Shown here: one piece after another, positions 7,619-16,871 of the stretch
Layout of the letters: every line of letters starts with the position of its first letter
How positions within the stretch are numbered: position 1 is the stretch's first letter
IMG/VR virus record: IMGVR_UViG_3300044730_002015
Span: 1 to 64,000 of that record
Reading direction: 5' to 3' (one strand)
Source: a virus
DNA length: 64,000 nucleotides
The notes under the pieces: model-generated
The model's input: the letters and a program-made list of their open reading frames with translations, nothing else
Told to the model about the DNA's origin: nothing
Database searches by the model: none
Made by a program: the position numbers and the translations under genes

Positions 7619-10600
7619 TTATGCTTGTGTCACAGTTACTATTACGCTGGGTACTGCGGGTCGGGTGGGAGTGGTTCGCGCACCAATGGACAGTAATTCC
7701 AAAGCGGAATCTGGACTGGACCAGTAGATCTGATAGTAGGTATTGGCCACAGTGGGATTGACCAACCAGTTCCAGGCAGCAACAATCTTGGCATTGTTGC
7801 CGTTAAGATCGAGATCTGTGCAGCTGTCGGGTACATTTACACCATCCTTGGCCAACCAAACACTCACAGTGTCCTGTCCCGAATCGGTCTTGGAAAACTG
7901 TGCTGAAAACTGTATGTTGTAAACACCGGGATTGGCTATCACAATGTGCGAAATGTTGCCTACTGCCACGCTGACACCTGTGTTGAATGCGTCCGATGTG
8001 TCAAGTGTCATTGGCACAGCATTTCCAGTGTCATTGGGCTGGCTCACTGTGCTCCAGAACTGTCCGTAGAATGTGCTGCCGCCGGTGGTGCCTGTGAGCG
8101 TGGATCCGTTGCCATAGTAGTAAGGCGCAGTGACATTGCCCGAGAACACAGGTGACTCGCTCACAGCGAATGCAGCAGTGTCAGTGGTGGCGTTGCCAGT
8201 GAGCACTATGTTGTTGCCTGCGGCCAAGGTCAAGGTATCTGTGGCAGAATCTGCCACAAGATTGGTGCCGTTGGCCGCTACAGTGGGGAATCCTGTGGTC
8301 ACAACACCGGTCAGTTGTGTGCCGTTGCCCAAGAAGTAGGCAGCAGTGACATTGCCCGAAGCGGTGATGTTGCCCACGCTGAGTGTGTTAGTGACATCGT
8401 TGTAGGTGAATTCGGCGTCATCGTCGATTTCTTTGCCTGAACCAACAAAGGTCACGCGGGTGGGTGTGAGGTTTTGCCCTACCAAATTGCCACCTGTGAT
8501 ATTTCCAGTGGCTACAATTGTGGCACCTTGTATCAGTGTGCTAGCTGTGATATTGACTGCTGTGACATTGCCTGATGTGGTCAGGCCATTGTTGATCACT
8601 GTGCCTGACGAAGTTATCAAGTTGCCACCGCGGATGTTGCCCGTGGCCACTACCTGTCCTGCAGTGACAAGATTGCCACCGGTAATGTTGCCAGTGGCCT
8701 GGATGGTGCTATTGGATGTCACTGACAGGAATGACACAGAGTTGGCACCGCCCACGGGTTGGCCAATAGAGTATGTGACATTGCCCGTGGCTGATGATAC
8801 TGCGACACCTGTTCCAGCTATGGCTGCCGTGACACCGTCGTTGGTCACCGTAATGGTGTCGCCTAATTCTACTTCACTGTTGCCAATTAATCCGATACCA
8901 GCGCCTGCTTGAAATGTCCAATGATCCACTGCCAAAAAGTTGTTGGTTATACTGCCGTTGCTGAGTGCGTTGGTCACATCACTGCTGAACAGTGTGACTA
9001 TTCCAGTACGGCCATTGAAAGTTTGCACTCCAGATCCGCCCACTGGGATATCCTGCCAAACATTGCTGGAAGTATAAATTACAAAGTCGCCTACTGCGAA
9101 TGTGATGTTGCCTGATCCCAGATTCTGTGTGCCGGCCACGCCAACCACATATTCATCGCCCACATTGCCCACACCGTCGGCCAAGGTAGGTGAGTTGTTG
9201 GCTGCATTCCAGATACCCAGGAAGTTGACACCACCTGCTGGCAGATATATGGGATCGATCTTGGTTGAGGCATTGAGTGGTACCACTCCAAACGCATTGC
9301 CTTTTTGTGTGAGTGGTATGGCTGCCGTGGTCTGGCGTGTGCCGTCACGGAACTCGATACCCACCATGTTGACTTCCATGTAGCCAGTGTCGGCGTTTTC
9401 ACCTACTTGAATGTTTTCTCCAGAGCCGGCTGTGGTCAGTCGCAGACCATCGGTGGTCATCTGCATATTGCCCACCTGCATGGCAGTGACACCATCTACA
9501 TAGAATACACCGTTGTCCACATGGACTTCGGCATCATTGCCCAGCACCGAGTCTTCAAGGAACAAACTATTGGGACCTACCCACACATTGGACCACTTGT
9601 TGGTGCTGTTGCCCAGTCCAAAAATATTGTTCACTGCCGGGTTTAGATTTGCGTGTAAGGTAGTGGTCAGTGGATCAAACTCTGCGGTCAATTCAGTTGT
9701 AGTATTTCCCGGAGCCGTGGTCCAAATCTGGATTTTTGACCCTTGTTGCAGGGTAGTCTGATTTTCAGTTGCTACAAAATCTATGCGTGTGGTGGATATG
9801 TCAGGCCAAGTTCCATCTGTGAGATAAGGTGTGGCCGCAACACGGCTGATAATCTGTCCACCAAGCACGCCTGTGGGTGCCAATGAAGTACCATTGTATC
9901 TACGGCCAACATAAGCCGAATAGTTGGCCGCACCATCGCTGTAGATGCGACTGGGTATGCTGGGCTGTCCAGTGATGTGTAGCATGACACCATAGTTCTG
10001 TGGATCTACTATTGATCCATCGGCAGATCCTACGATCTGGAACGATGCTGCCAGGTTGCTGGTATCGGGCACCAAAGCACGTATGCGACCATCGCGATCT
10101 ACTGCAAAATCTGGTTCTGCATTTAGATCGGAGCTGTGTATGTGAAATCCACCCAATACATTGAGATTGGCATTGCCGCCAACGGTGGCATAGGTTATGT
10201 CACGACCAGCCACTGTGCCAGACATGGTCTGATCTGAGATGGTAAAGTTGCCGAGATTGGCCACCCCAGTGACAGAGATGTTGCTGAATGATGTGTTGCC
10301 TGCGAATGGAGTGTTGCCAAAGATCGAAACACCGTTGGCATACAAATAGTTGTTGGTCAATATGTTGCCGGCTGCTAGATTGCCTGTTAAGGTGGCTACT
10401 AAGCCATTGAATGTAAAGTCTGCGCTGCCACCAAATGTTCCAGCATTATTAAACTGGACTTGTGTGTTGGATCCACCGGGAACTCCATTGCCACCACCGC
10501 CTCCGGTGCCAACCAAGATACCACCAGCAGTATTGCCATCGCTGTAGTAAAATCCGTTGCGATCTGGATCCCACCAGATGCGACCCTGTTGCCCTACATA

Positions 10601-10657
10601 GGTATTGCCCTGTGCGTTGTTATCTCTACTGGTGAATAAGTTTTGAATGTAGCTCAT
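7619..10657 (-). CDS. tail fibre / virion structural protein (1012 aa, G/N/T-rich)
   Basis: PGGSNTQVQFN module, repeated ATGNITGGNL and YxGNGSxLTG units shared with the fibres at 57-64 kb; beta-sandwich-like C-terminus. Confidence 0.75.
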   Translation of the reverse strand: MSYIQNLFTSRDNNAQGNTYVGQQGRIWWDPDRNGFYYSDGNTAGGILVGTGGGGGNGVPGGSNTQVQFNNAGTFGGSADFTFNGLVATLTGNLAAGNILTNNYLYANGVSIFGNTPFAGNTSFSNISVTGVANLGNFTISDQTMSGTVAGRDITYATVGGNANLNVLGGFHIHSSDLNAEPDFAVDRDGRIRALVPDTSNLAASFQIVGSADGSIVDPQNYGVMLHITGQPSIPSRIYSDGAANYSAYVGRRYNGTSLAPTGVLGGQIISRVAATPYLTDGTWPDISTTRIDFVATENQTTLQQGSKIQIWTTAPGNTTTELTAEFDPLTTTLHANLNPAVNNIFGLGNSTNKWSNVWVGPNSLFLEDSVLGNDAEVHVDNGVFYVDGVTAMQVGNMQMTTDGLRLTTAGSGENIQVGENADTGYMEVNMVGIEFRDGTRQTTAAIPLTQKGNAFGVVPLNASTKIDPIYLPAGGVNFLGIWNAANNSPTLADGVGNVGDEYVVGVAGTQNLGSGNITFAVGDFVIYTSSNVWQDIPVGGSGVQTFNGRTGIVTLFSSDVTNALSNGSITNNFLAVDHWTFQAGAGIGLIGNSEVELGDTITVTNDGVTAAIAGTGVAVSSATGNVTYSIGQPVGGANSVSFLSVTSNSTIQATGNITGGNLVTAGQVVATGNIRGGNLITSSGTVINNGLTTSGNVTAVNITASTLIQGATIVATGNITGGNLVGQNLTPTRVTFVGSGKEIDDDAEFTYNDVTNTLSVGNITASGNVTAAYFLGNGTQLTGVVTTGFPTVAANGTNLVADSATDTLTLAAGNNIVLTGNATTDTAAFAVSESPVFSGNVTAPYYYGNGSTLTGTTGGSTFYGQFWSTVSQPNDTGNAVPMTLDTSDAFNTGVSVAVGNISHIVIANPGVYNIQFSAQFSKTDSGQDTVSVWLAKDGVNVPDSCTDLDLNGNNAKIVAAWNWLVNPTVANTYYQIYWSSPDSALELLSIGARTTPTRPAVPSVIVTVTQA

Positions 10658-10667
10658 GTGCTACACC

Positions 10668-11069
10668 TTAGTCATCTAACGGTTCGTCGTTGCTGAGTTC
10701 TTGTATGGCAGCCACGGGAATGCCACTGAGTTTTTTTATACGATCAATGATGTCAGGATTCTGTGTCAAATCGCCTTGTGCTTCTTCGGCTTGTTCTGCT
10801 TCCTCGGGAGTACCGTCATCATAGACATTTTCCACACCCACGGCTTTTTTCAACAGTTCTTGCTTTTGCTGCAAGGGAGGCAAAAAGAGATCATCGGGAC
10901 TTTTTTCATTGCCACTGGCAGTGATATCAGCAGAGTCATCATCGCCGACAGCCACTTGTATTTCAGCGTTGATCAAGCCAGCGGGATTTTGTATGCGAGG
11001 ATCGGGCGATCCACCTTCAGGATGATCTAGGTTATTGGCTAATACCCGTAAAATGTCTGCTATTTTCAT
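10668..11069 (-). CDS. acidic hypothetical protein
   Basis: 133-aa ORF preceded by TAAATA at 11093-11088. Confidence 0.7.
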   Translation of the reverse strand: MKIADILRVLANNLDHPEGGSPDPRIQNPAGLINAEIQVAVGDDDSADITASGNEKSPDDLFLPPLQQKQELLKKAVGVENVYDDGTPEEAEQAEEAQGDLTQNPDIIDRIKKLSGIPVAAIQELSNDEPLDD

Positions 11070-11098
11070 CTTTGTGCCTTGTACTTGTATTTATGTGT

Positions 11099-11980
11099 TC
11101 AACGGTTCCTGTGTTTGGGCTGCCGTTGATAGGATTTGGGATTCTTGTGTGTGCCCGATCCCCGGGCCACCCGTTGTGCGGCTCGTGCCACAGGATTGCG
11201 CGGTGCAGGGGTGGATTTCTTGGGTGCTTCCAGCACACGATAACTTTTCTTCTCTGGCCGGTCTAAAACTTGTAATGCGGTTTTGATGTCATTGTCCAGA
11301 GCAGCGATTTCTAAAGCACGGAAGTTATCTCGACCTACACTGGTCCCGGGTGTTACTCTTATAAAATTGTATAAAGTATCAATCCATATCTTAGCAGTCC
11401 GACTATTCCTACCGCCAAGATTCAACAAGGGTCTTATGGTCTTGGATATGAGATCCGTTAGTGATGTGGCCTCGACATTAGGAAAAACTTTTTTCAATCC
11501 ATCATAGATCTGATCAGCATCAGTGGCTTCATAAACTTCTTCTATGTACTCGTCTATCACACGATGATTTTCAGCGTCTTCGCTGGTCTGCTCTACACCA
11601 AAGTTACGATCAAATCTCGCGCCCGGTGAAATGGGATTTTTCATCTGCGTGTAGAAAGGTTCTAGATCTGGACCCACTGAATCTTCGGGACCTTCGGTGG
11701 GTGTACCTGTGTAGTTTTGTGTGGGATAGTCGCGAGGTGTGTTCAGTAAATCTCTCAACGGACCTTCTTTGTTGTTGTATTCTTCCCAGTCGTAGCTGGT
11801 GTCTATGCCCTGCAAGGATTCTTCCTTGACCTGCTGTTCGTGGAACTGAGCATTGGGGCCGGCTAGATTGCCTGCCTGGGGGTTGCCTGCCACATCCACG
11901 GGATCAGGATCCATGAGCTGTACCACATCTCGGGGAAGGCTGTGTCCTGCGCGATATTCAAACAAGTCGTCGATTATCAT
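11099..11980 (-). CDS. modular hypothetical protein, putative head-internal (MIIDDLFE...) with a basic C-terminal RNPVA...KH module
   Basis: CTS-like N-terminus, acidic body, basic tail after VLE|A. Confidence 0.7.
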   Translation of the reverse strand: MIIDDLFEYRAGHSLPRDVVQLMDPDPVDVAGNPQAGNLAGPNAQFHEQQVKEESLQGIDTSYDWEEYNNKEGPLRDLLNTPRDYPTQNYTGTPTEGPEDSVGPDLEPFYTQMKNPISPGARFDRNFGVEQTSEDAENHRVIDEYIEEVYEATDADQIYDGLKKVFPNVEATSLTDLISKTIRPLLNLGGRNSRTAKIWIDTLYNFIRVTPGTSVGRDNFRALEIAALDNDIKTALQVLDRPEKKSYRVLEAPKKSTPAPRNPVARAAQRVARGSGTHKNPKSYQRQPKHRNR

Positions 11981-12717
11981 CGCTCTTCCATGTAATCTTG
12001 TACCACTGGCTTGGTGTCTTGTTCCATCATCTGCTCATGCACCTGATCGATGGCTTTTTTGGCATCGGCGATGCTGGCAAATCCTGTGCCTATTTCTTTT
12101 TCATCTACTTTGACCACAAAGCCATCTGTCATGTTGCCGCAGATGTCAGCTGTTTTTTCTCCGTTGGGCCCGATTGTGACACGATCCACGGGCTTCAATG
12201 AATCCCCGCCACGATTGCTGTCTTTGCGTTTGAGATCAGTGTCAGTTTTCTTTTCTTTGGCAACTGTGTCCAAAAAGTCTTTGAGGTCTCGTGCAGAACC
12301 TTTGACCACTATGTCTTCGCCAATGGCTGATTCTGCCACAGCTGATTCATTTTTTTCACGCCCCGCACAGTGCGCACGTTGGCTAAATCCTCGAGGGTTG
12401 GCGCAGTTGATGGACTTCTTGTATTTTTCTGACCATTTTTCTGTTACAGGTTCTTGTGCTTTTTTGTTGTGCAGTTCTTGATATAATGTTTCAACCTGCT
12501 GATCTAATTCTGCAGCCTGATCCTGTTCTACCTGCGACATCTTTCTGGCCAGGGCAGTATCTTCTGCTGAGTCGCCTACCAACTTACTGGGAATTTTGCT
12601 GGCGGGATCTGTGCCGCGCAGGTATCCTACGAACTTGGGGCCGGCACCTTGATTGAGATCACCCTCGGCGATGCGCTGCAGTCGGGCTGCTATGTCGTAG
12701 ATGTCCTGATTGCTCAT
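11977..12717 (-). CDS. modular hypothetical protein with a KWSxKYKKSINCxNPRGFSQRAHC module
   Basis: short modules separated by IAE|G, VTE|K and VAE|S sites. Confidence 0.7.
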   Translation of the reverse strand: MSNQDIYDIAARLQRIAEGDLNQGAGPKFVGYLRGTDPASKIPSKLVGDSAEDTALARKMSQVEQDQAAELDQQVETLYQELHNKKAQEPVTEKWSEKYKKSINCANPRGFSQRAHCAGREKNESAVAESAIGEDIVVKGSARDLKDFLDTVAKEKKTDTDLKRKDSNRGGDSLKPVDRVTIGPNGEKTADICGNMTDGFVVKVDEKEIGTGFASIADAKKAIDQVHEQMMEQDTKPVVQDYMEER

Positions 12718-13154
12718 GCACGAGCTTTCTTGAGAAAGCTACGCAGCATCCAATTGTGCTTGCCGTGTGCGTCCTGGCGCTCGGCCAAGAAGTTTAGTAT
12801 GCCTTCTTGATTTTCTGCCTTGGCGCTGGCAATGGCTGCGCCAATCAGGGCCAAGAGTTTTTCATTGTCAGTTTTGAGTTCTTCGAACATGAGTTCGGCT
12901 CGGGGGATCTTGACTTGATCTTGGATAACGCTGAGTTCTTGATAGCGCGACAGTGATCCTGGTGCGTACACATCCAGCACACGGATGTATTCGGCTGCGA
13001 GATCAGTGGATTCAAAAACTTCTGTGGCTAGTTTATCAAAGAACTTGTGATACTGACTAAAGTCAGGACCTTCCACGTTCCAATGGAAACTTTTGGCCTT
13101 GAGGTAAAAAGCAAAACTGCTGGCTAATAGTTGTTTGAGATCGTCGGCTAACAT
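12714..13154 (-). CDS. dps: Dps / DNA-binding ferritin-like protein
   Basis: FHWNVEGPDFSQYHKFF...DLAAEYIR and KHNWML motifs (first Dps His is replaced: KAKSFHW); probable start MLADD at 13154. Confidence 0.9.
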   Translation of the reverse strand: MLADDLKQLLASSFAFYLKAKSFHWNVEGPDFSQYHKFFDKLATEVFESTDLAAEYIRVLDVYAPGSLSRYQELSVIQDQVKIPRAELMFEELKTDNEKLLALIGAAIASAKAENQEGILNFLAERQDAHGKHNWMLRSFLKKARA

Positions 13155-13567
13155 TTGGTATCCTTCTTGGATTCTTGCATGGGCTGTATGCCCTGTTCGT
13201 GCTGGCTCAAGATATAATCCCAAACTGACACCAGATTCATTTTTGCTCCGGCGATTTTTTCCTGTACCCATTCCGGCAAGTTTTCACCGTCGGCTATGGC
13301 ATCGTGCAGCCCTTTCACTGCTCTCAGCATGGTATGCAAGTTGCTCTTGGCCATGCCTGACTCGTCGTCATACTCGCCATCGTAGTTTTCTTTGATGTTG
13401 CGTGGGGTCTTCCGTGCTTTTTTGGGTCTGCTGTTGGCATACTCGCGGCTTTTGTCGTAGACGCCTTGACCTATGGGGCCGCGTCGCTGTGTAGCGCCCA
13501 GGGGCATGGCAACCGTGGCAATACCGCCTGCAACAGTGGATTCTTCAATTATTTCTTGTAGTCGCAT
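13148..13567 (-). CDS. hypothetical protein, putative head-internal (MRLQEIIEE)
   Basis: CTS-like N-terminus; LPEWVQEKI module; TAAATA 7 nt upstream. Confidence 0.7.
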   Translation of the reverse strand: MRLQEIIEESTVAGGIATVAMPLGATQRRGPIGQGVYDKSREYANSRPKKARKTPRNIKENYDGEYDDESGMAKSNLHTMLRAVKGLHDAIADGENLPEWVQEKIAGAKMNLVSVWDYILSQHEQGIQPMQESKKDTKC

Positions 13568-13585
13568 AATAATATATTTAGCGTT

Positions 13586-13795
13586 TTAAGTGTTGCTGCG
13601 TTTCTTGCCTGATTTCATGTTAGCGCACCAATGATACATACGCCCACGCTCTCCACCGTATTTTTTAGCCCGGGCACGCAGATCTGTCACACTACCCTGG
13701 CAACTGGCACCTGCACGTTTCACTCTGCCGGGACGGCTTCGTCCTTTGACTTTCTTGTCAGCAAAGTTTTCTGTGATGAATTCATGTGCTCTCAT
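13586..13795 (-). CDS. small basic protein, putative head-internal (MRAHEFITE)
   Basis: N-terminus resembles the T4 IPII/III CTS MKTYQEFIAE; Arg/Lys-rich. Confidence 0.7.
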   Translation of the reverse strand: MRAHEFITENFADKKVKGRSRPGRVKRAGASCQGSVTDLRARAKKYGGERGRMYHWCANMKSGKKRSNT

Positions 13796-14907
13796 CGTGC
13801 TGTGGCCACTAATCTAATGTCTCTGGCAACTTTGGCCATGTCTTTACCCTGTGCAGCTGCGGCAGGAACAGCATACATTTCTTCATCACCAGCACCGATG
13901 TTTAACACCTCGCCGGTGGCTGTGTCGTAGCCATGCACTTCAATGCCAGGCATCTGCTCCAAGCGTTGCCACACACGCTGTCCACCAGGACTTTGCTTGC
14001 GATCCGATACCAGGGTCAGTCCTAGATCAGTTATGAGCCTGCGATAAAATTCTGCTGCTGGCACGTCATTGTCGGGACTGGCATACAGGCCTGCCACTAT
14101 GAAACTGTCAGGGTTGCCAGGATAGCGGCTGCCAAACACCGTGAGTGTGGAGCGATTGGTCTCAGTGTTGAAAAGATTGTAGGTTATTTGTCCACCAAAC
14201 TGATCACGATACACGCTGTGGGTTTTGTCTATGTCTAATACCTTGCGGCCCAACAATGACATTTTTTCAGGCGAGATATTGCCGCCACGATTGGGCAGTT
14301 GATCCGGATTGGCACCTTTGCCTTTGACCTTGGAAAGTATTTTCACTTCTGTGACACCTTGTCCACTGTATTGCCGGTAAAGATCCACATACCGCTGGAC
14401 ATCTTGTTCCCAACCCCGGGGATCGCGATTCTTGTACTGTAGGCCCAAACTCATGGCATAGGCTTCTGAGGCACTGAGCCACGAACCAGGTTCCTTATGA
14501 TCGGCCATGCGGGTCAGCACTCTGCGTGTCTGTGGATCCAAGCGTTCCAGTCGGTAAGGATCCAACTGGCCTTCCGCCACACATTGTTCCCAGACATTTT
14601 TTCCAGGCTTGTGTTTGTCCCAGAAACCTGCACCGGCATCGGTCTGCTGGCCACTCCTGCGTATCTTATAACCCAGACTTTTCACATAGTCATACATGGT
14701 ACGAGCGATGCCTTGGCCACGATAGCGTTCATCCACTTCCAGATCTTGTGGCATTAACTCGCCGTCGTAGTCCACGAACAGCACCGATCCCAAGGGTCGG
14801 CCTCCTGCTGACGCTTGCACCATGATCTCATCCTCTTCTCGTTCCAGGCTCATGTCTATGCCTTGGAATGAGTCTTGGCCTATGATGTCTTGGGGCAACA
14901 TGATCAA
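13792..14907 (-). CDS. multi-module protein with two GNAT acetyltransferase-like domains
   Basis: VDERYRGQGIARTMY...QTDAGAGFW (canonical GNAT); second domain AAEFYRRL...SDRKQSPGGQRVW; linkers CVAE|G and GVTE|V. Confidence 0.75.
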   Translation of the reverse strand: MIMLPQDIIGQDSFQGIDMSLEREEDEIMVQASAGGRPLGSVLFVDYDGELMPQDLEVDERYRGQGIARTMYDYVKSLGYKIRRSGQQTDAGAGFWDKHKPGKNVWEQCVAEGQLDPYRLERLDPQTRRVLTRMADHKEPGSWLSASEAYAMSLGLQYKNRDPRGWEQDVQRYVDLYRQYSGQGVTEVKILSKVKGKGANPDQLPNRGGNISPEKMSLLGRKVLDIDKTHSVYRDQFGGQITYNLFNTETNRSTLTVFGSRYPGNPDSFIVAGLYASPDNDVPAAEFYRRLITDLGLTLVSDRKQSPGGQRVWQRLEQMPGIEVHGYDTATGEVLNIGAGDEEMYAVPAAAAQGKDMAKVARDIRLVATAR

Positions 14908-15164
14908 TCCAACTGACTGGCCAACTGCTGATACAAAGCCAGTTTTTTATCTACACTCATGGCCATCCAACGCTGCATCCAATCACTGTTGGGTCTTGTG
15001 CCCATGGCGTCTTTGACCAGATCGCTGATGTTCTGATTCATGGTCTGTTCCGTGGGTTCAGTGCCTTCCGCCATACCCGGCTCAGAATCTGAGCCTTCTG
15101 ACACTGCTTGTTGCTGTTGTTCGTTAAGTAGATCTAGATAGGATCTCATGAGTTCTGCTGACAT
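14904..15164 (-). CDS. small hypothetical protein (MSAELMRSYLDLLNE)
   Basis: AAGGAG RBS; AVSE|G and GMAE|G linkers. Confidence 0.7.
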   Translation of the reverse strand: MSAELMRSYLDLLNEQQQQAVSEGSDSEPGMAEGTEPTEQTMNQNISDLVKDAMGTRPNSDWMQRWMAMSVDKKLALYQQLASQLD

Positions 15165-15186
15165 TTGATTTCTCCTTTATCTATGT

Positions 15187-16239
15187 CTAATCACCACGCA
15201 GGGCCTGCAACAATGCACGGGCCACCACGCGGTCTTTTTCTTTTTCCTCGTCCGCCAACTGGGCATAATCCTGTCGCATGAGTTTGGCTCGTTGGTCGAG
15301 TTTGGCTTCTAACTTACCGGCCGCACGCAGTTTTTCTGTGTCTGCGAACTGATCGGGATTTTGCACGAATGCCTGGGCAGTGACATTCCAGCCCTTGTGT
15401 ATGGCATCGCTGATGGCTTCGATGTCTGTGACTCCGGAATCGATCATCTTCTTGGCATAGGCAGCAGACTTCAAGTTGGCCTGCCAGCCAAAGGTGTTGC
15501 CGGGAGTGCTGCGACCATAACCATAGGCACGGTCCAAGGCTTCGTCACTGATCATGGCCAACTGTGCCACGGTGAGAGGCTGTGCCCGGCCTTCCGAGAC
15601 ACCTCGATCCTTGATATCTCTGTCTGCCGGCCGGAACCCCTGGTATTTTTTTGCCATAGCAGTAAAATCAACACCTTTAGATTTTGCAAAATCAGTAAAG
15701 TCTGCTCTGATTGATTTTTTAGGTAGTTCCTCAAAGCCCATTTGCAAACTCCACCCAAAGTCTTGGCGTAGTTGTTCAAGTGTTTTAGGGTCCACTGATC
15801 CTTGACGAGCCTTACCGAACTCTTTGATCAGATCTTGCAATAAATACCAATCTCTGTCAGCATCAGTTACAGGACGGGTCAAGGTCGTGGCCGGTAGTGA
15901 TTTGTCGTGTGGCTCGTAAATATCTTTCCTAACATTAAACCCTTGGTCTTCAAGTTCTTCTGCTACATGATCTCTGACCTGTGTATCCATGGCATAAAAG
16001 GCTCGGATACCTGCCTTCATGCCAGCAGACATAAATTTTCGACCGACTTTAATAATAGCGGCTGCATCAGCACCGGCGCCTTCGTCGCTGTAAGTATCTA
16101 CAAAATCTTCGCCAATTGGAATAATAGCAGTACCGTATTCAAATGGCCCGTTGCCTTCGCTGCCGCCTGGTGCGAATTCGTTCAAGCGACCTTCTCGAAC
16201 ATTCGCCTGATTTTCTGTTATGATATCTTGTATTTTCAT
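15187..16239 (-). CDS. multi-module protein (MKIQDIITE) with a C-terminal RyR-repeat-like domain
   Basis: CTS-like start; IHKGW...DYAQLADEEKEKDR matches the RyR domain pattern HxxW...YxxLxxxEKxxDR. Confidence 0.65.
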   Translation of the reverse strand: MKIQDIITENQANVREGRLNEFAPGGSEGNGPFEYGTAIIPIGEDFVDTYSDEGAGADAAAIIKVGRKFMSAGMKAGIRAFYAMDTQVRDHVAEELEDQGFNVRKDIYEPHDKSLPATTLTRPVTDADRDWYLLQDLIKEFGKARQGSVDPKTLEQLRQDFGWSLQMGFEELPKKSIRADFTDFAKSKGVDFTAMAKKYQGFRPADRDIKDRGVSEGRAQPLTVAQLAMISDEALDRAYGYGRSTPGNTFGWQANLKSAAYAKKMIDSGVTDIEAISDAIHKGWNVTAQAFVQNPDQFADTEKLRAAGKLEAKLDQRAKLMRQDYAQLADEEKEKDRVVARALLQALRGD

Positions 16240-16260
16240 TTTTGATTCCTTGTCTAAGTA

Positions 16261-16869
16261 TTATTTACGAGTCTGTGACAGCATGGATGCTGCGATAGCC
16301 AACATACTTTTCATGCGTTCGATCTCTCCGGGCGTTTCTTTCCAACCCACGGTTATCTGCCCGATGAATTTTCCAGGCTCAGGAGGAACACTGATCCTGC
16401 AGCCATATCTCATGCCTTTTTCTATGTACCAAAGGCCCACTTCGCTTTGTGCTGAGAGATATTCAACGCAGGGCACTTCTCCGGCCATGAGTGCCACAAC
16501 ATCTCGATTGTTGGCAGCATTGGCAGTGAACAAGCCAACGTCTATGCCTTCTTTGGTTTTGTCTCTGCCTTCACGAGTGTATGCACGATACAGCACACGG
16601 CTGCCCAGTATTGGATCTACTTTGAATATGGCCACTACTTCGGCCTGCGTGTTCTTGAACAGATGTGTGACAGCATCATCCAGGCGATTTTCAGCCAGGG
16701 TAGGCAATCGTTGTTGTTCTTTATAGGTACCAACAATCAAATCGAGATTTTTGTAAATCAAGAATCCCATGAATGCCAGTACTGCCATGATGACCAAAGC
16801 CACCAACTTGAATGGCGAATCCACATAGGTCAAGATTTTATCAAGATAATCTTTTTTAACCACTGCCAT
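16261..16869 (-). CDS. putative T4 T-like holin (one TM plus a periplasmic GAF-like domain)
   Basis: single N-terminal TM (LVALVIMAVLAFMGFLIY); C-terminal CRISVPPEPGKFIGQITVGW resembles the GAF end of holin T. Confidence 0.5.
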   Translation of the reverse strand: MAVVKKDYLDKILTYVDSPFKLVALVIMAVLAFMGFLIYKNLDLIVGTYKEQQRLPTLAENRLDDAVTHLFKNTQAEVVAIFKVDPILGSRVLYRAYTREGRDKTKEGIDVGLFTANAANNRDVVALMAGEVPCVEYLSAQSEVGLWYIEKGMRYGCRISVPPEPGKFIGQITVGWKETPGEIERMKSMLAIAASMLSQTRK

Positions 16870-16871
16870 GA

